Shown here: piece by piece, positions 61,694 through 64,000 of the stretch | Layout: each line of letters starts with the position of its first letter | Position numbering within the stretch: the first letter of the stretch is position 1 | Source: Cladosporium halotolerans | Taxonomy: Eukaryota | NCBI RefSeq assembly: GCF_011745625.1 | Contig: NW_027191456.1 | Coordinates: 930,001 to 994,000 of the forward strand | Direction of reading: 5' to 3' | DNA length: 64,000 nt | The notes under the pieces: model-generated | The model's database searches: none | The model's input: the letters and a program-made list of their open reading frames with translations, nothing else | What the model was told of the DNA's origin: nothing | Translations under genes and position numbers: made by a program

Positions 61694-63063
61694 ATGAAGG
61701 TGTGTTATCGCGTTACACAGACGACGTCGCGACCGCGCGCCAATGCCAAATATCACCACCCTGATGGAGCTCGCGCGTTGTGTTGCCGTTTGTGCTGCCC
61801 GTCAGCGCATCCAGCGTTTCAAGCCGCCCGCGAGCTGGTCGCGACGGTCGATCTACGCGCGTCGTGAAATAGTAGCTAACAACATTGCAGTACATTCCAA
61901 TTGGTGAGATTAACGCAGTAAACAGCGCGATTAACTTCTCTACGCCTGATCTCCATGTCATTGGCGGCTGCGACATCTACACGACAAAAGCCGCGGGCGG
62001 AGACAAGAAACTGTACAAGAACATCGAAGATGCACTGGAATCGCAGTATGCGACTCTCGTCCAGCTGTCTGCGTCGCTTAGTCCGCCTCCCGAGATCAGC
62101 AAGCGCAATGATAAGCATAGAGATTCCACTGCAAGCGCTCAAGATTATGGAAGAAATGAGAGGAAGCGCAGTCGCACGGTTGAGATCCCGGAGATTGATC
62201 TCTCCCGAGCGTCCCCCTTCGGACCCCTGAGTCAAGTGTCGTCCAGGCGCACGTTTGCGTATCTGATTGCAACCCTCAATGCAAGTCACTCTGACTACGA
62301 CTTCTCGCACCTTCTACGACCCTCAGACTTCCAGAAGGAGCGTTCCCTCCGTGCCCTTGTGCACAACGTCGACTCGACGCTCTACAACTTGCGCCCCCGT
62401 CACAGCAGCCTGGTTGCGAACCAGCAATACCTTGCACCGCCGAACCTCTCCAGCTCAGCTCCCGTGTCTAATGGTCTCGGCAATGAGGTATGGGGCCCTA
62501 GGATGTGGTCTCTCATTGACAAGGAGATGAACCTCCGCGAATGCGAGAGATACAGCTACATGCCTCAGGACGACCCATTTGACGGCGAGGAGGGCGCAAT
62601 ATGGAGTCTGCACTACTTCTTCTTCAACAAGGAGCGCAAGCGCGTCTGCTATCTCTATCTTCGCGGTCTCAGCGTGCTTTCGCACTCGCCTGTCCATGCG
62701 CCCATGCACATTCACCGAACTCGCCAAAGCCGCGATTCTGGCGTCTCCGTCGGTGAAGGTGCCGGCAAGCGAGCAGATTACTGGCTCGGCTCAAGCATCG
62801 ATGAAAATATCATGGATGAGGGCGAGTACGAGGATGACGACGATGAGATCATCCACGACGAGTATGAGCACCAGGACGACGAAGTTGAAGTCCCCTACAT
62901 GGACCTGGACGAAGTGAGAAACCGCATTGTCGACGGCTACAACTACGATTTTGAGGAGATTGAATACGAAGAAGATACCTCCTCCTGGGCTGTCGACAAC
63001 GGGACGAAGACGAGAGGCGTAAGAGGCATGAGCGAGGAGATTGGCGATGCGATGGAGATATGA
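61694..63063 (+). CDS. MAF1: Repressor of RNA polymerase III transcription Maf1
   Basis: MK/YIP (intron 61700-61890), GGCDIYTTKAAGGDKKLYK, FGPLSQVSSRRTFAYLIATLNASHSDYDFS, IWSLHYFFFNKERKRV, acidic tail. Confidence 0.95.
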
Positions 63064-63827
63064 GCATCCATCAACCTCTCAACACGTGCATCTTCCGGTG
63101 AGACGGCAAATGCGCTTTTCAACTACCAGCCCGAACCATCCGTCACTTCGCCGCAATGGCAAATCGCCATCTGTTCAGCAAACCAAGGAAAACACACTTC
63201 ACTTACTCATGCTCCATACCCCCTGGGAGCACTCGACCCGCAAACAGCAACGACTTTCACTTTCGTCCTTTGGCGTTACACGGTCGTCTTTTCAGCGCGC
63301 GCGTAAGGGGTGGCAAGTTTTGGGATAAAGCACGCGATGATACCAGCTGGGTGTTCGGTGTTTTACTGTACGTGTATTTTCGGCGCATTGGGATCACGGA
63401 TGGTTTGCTCTTTCAAGACACTTCTGTTGTCTGTCTCTGTCTTCTTTTCGTATGCAGCAGAATGTGGAGGAGAGCGTAACCCAGCCGGTGTAGCGTGTCA
63501 GTCATGAGATTCTGCAAATAATGAATTCAATGTCAATTACTTCAACTTTTCGCTGGATGACCGCGCTCTGACGGACTCATTATTCTAATTGTTCCATTTT
63601 TGCTCTATCGCCAACAATATCATGATCTTGCAAGGTCCCTGTATTCGAGAACACTGTCTCCTGTTGGCGACCGTCTTGTCTACTGCACGGAATTCGACAT
63701 TTAATAGGGCGATATCCAGTACGCTCGATGTCCACTACTATCAACACCACCAGATCATAAAGTTCATCAAATGCCAAAAACGCCAACCAGTGCGCGGACC
63801 AAATCCATCAAATCGGTCTCACAGCCC

Positions 63828-64000
63828 TCAAATCGGCTGTCCGGCAACCTGCAAATCAAAATCGTCAGCACAAACCCCCTTCATCGTTCAATCAATGAAC
63901 TCCTCCCACAGCGAACTCACCTTGAACGGATGCGCCTCCGTGTTGTAAACCCACTCGTTCTTGCCCACGCCCTCCACGCCGCCAACCTGCCACTCCGCCG
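63828..64000 (-). CDS. 3' end of a class I alpha-1,2-mannosidase (GH47), partial
   Basis: AEWQVGGVEGVGKNEWVYNTEAHPFK / intron GTGAGT...GCTGAC...TGCAG / VAGQPI*; NTEAHP is the GH47 C-terminal motif. Confidence 0.75.

Noticed and set aside
61694..63063. MAF1 (Pol III repressor) 10 kb from the unusual tRNA
   Set aside because: Separated by five unrelated genes; no evidence of a functional link.

Overview
Gene-dense, intron-containing genomic DNA from a filamentous ascomycete, inferred to be Pezizomycotina and probably a Dothideomycete from its short GT-AG introns, CTRAC branch points and protein sequences. About 26 protein-coding genes are present. They are mostly housekeeping: RPL22, glucosidase II beta, DPM3, ARP6, the divergent FAS1/FAS2 pair, BRR6/BRL1, AP-2 alpha, profilin, RNPS1-like, MIC10, URB2, GCLM, AP-1 sigma, MAF1 and the 3' end of a GH47 mannosidase. 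Possible accessory genes include a GH78 rhamnosidase plus sugar transporter, a NACHT-ankyrin NLR, a CFEM protein and a metallothionein-like protein. The standout observation is at 51329-51480 (minus strand): an otherwise well-formed tRNA-Leu(UAA) gene whose D-loop/A-box is split by a 55-nt insert with textbook U2-type spliceosomal intron signals (GTAAGT...GTTAAC...CAG). It also carries a canonical 15-nt anticodon-loop tRNA intron, so maturation would need both the spliceosome and tRNA endonuclease. Secondary observations are a Brr6/Brl1 lacking both outer lumenal cysteines, two alternative 3' terminal exons in AP-1 sigma, and a strongly base-paired RPL22 intron. All calls come from manual reading and recalled family motifs; no searches were run.
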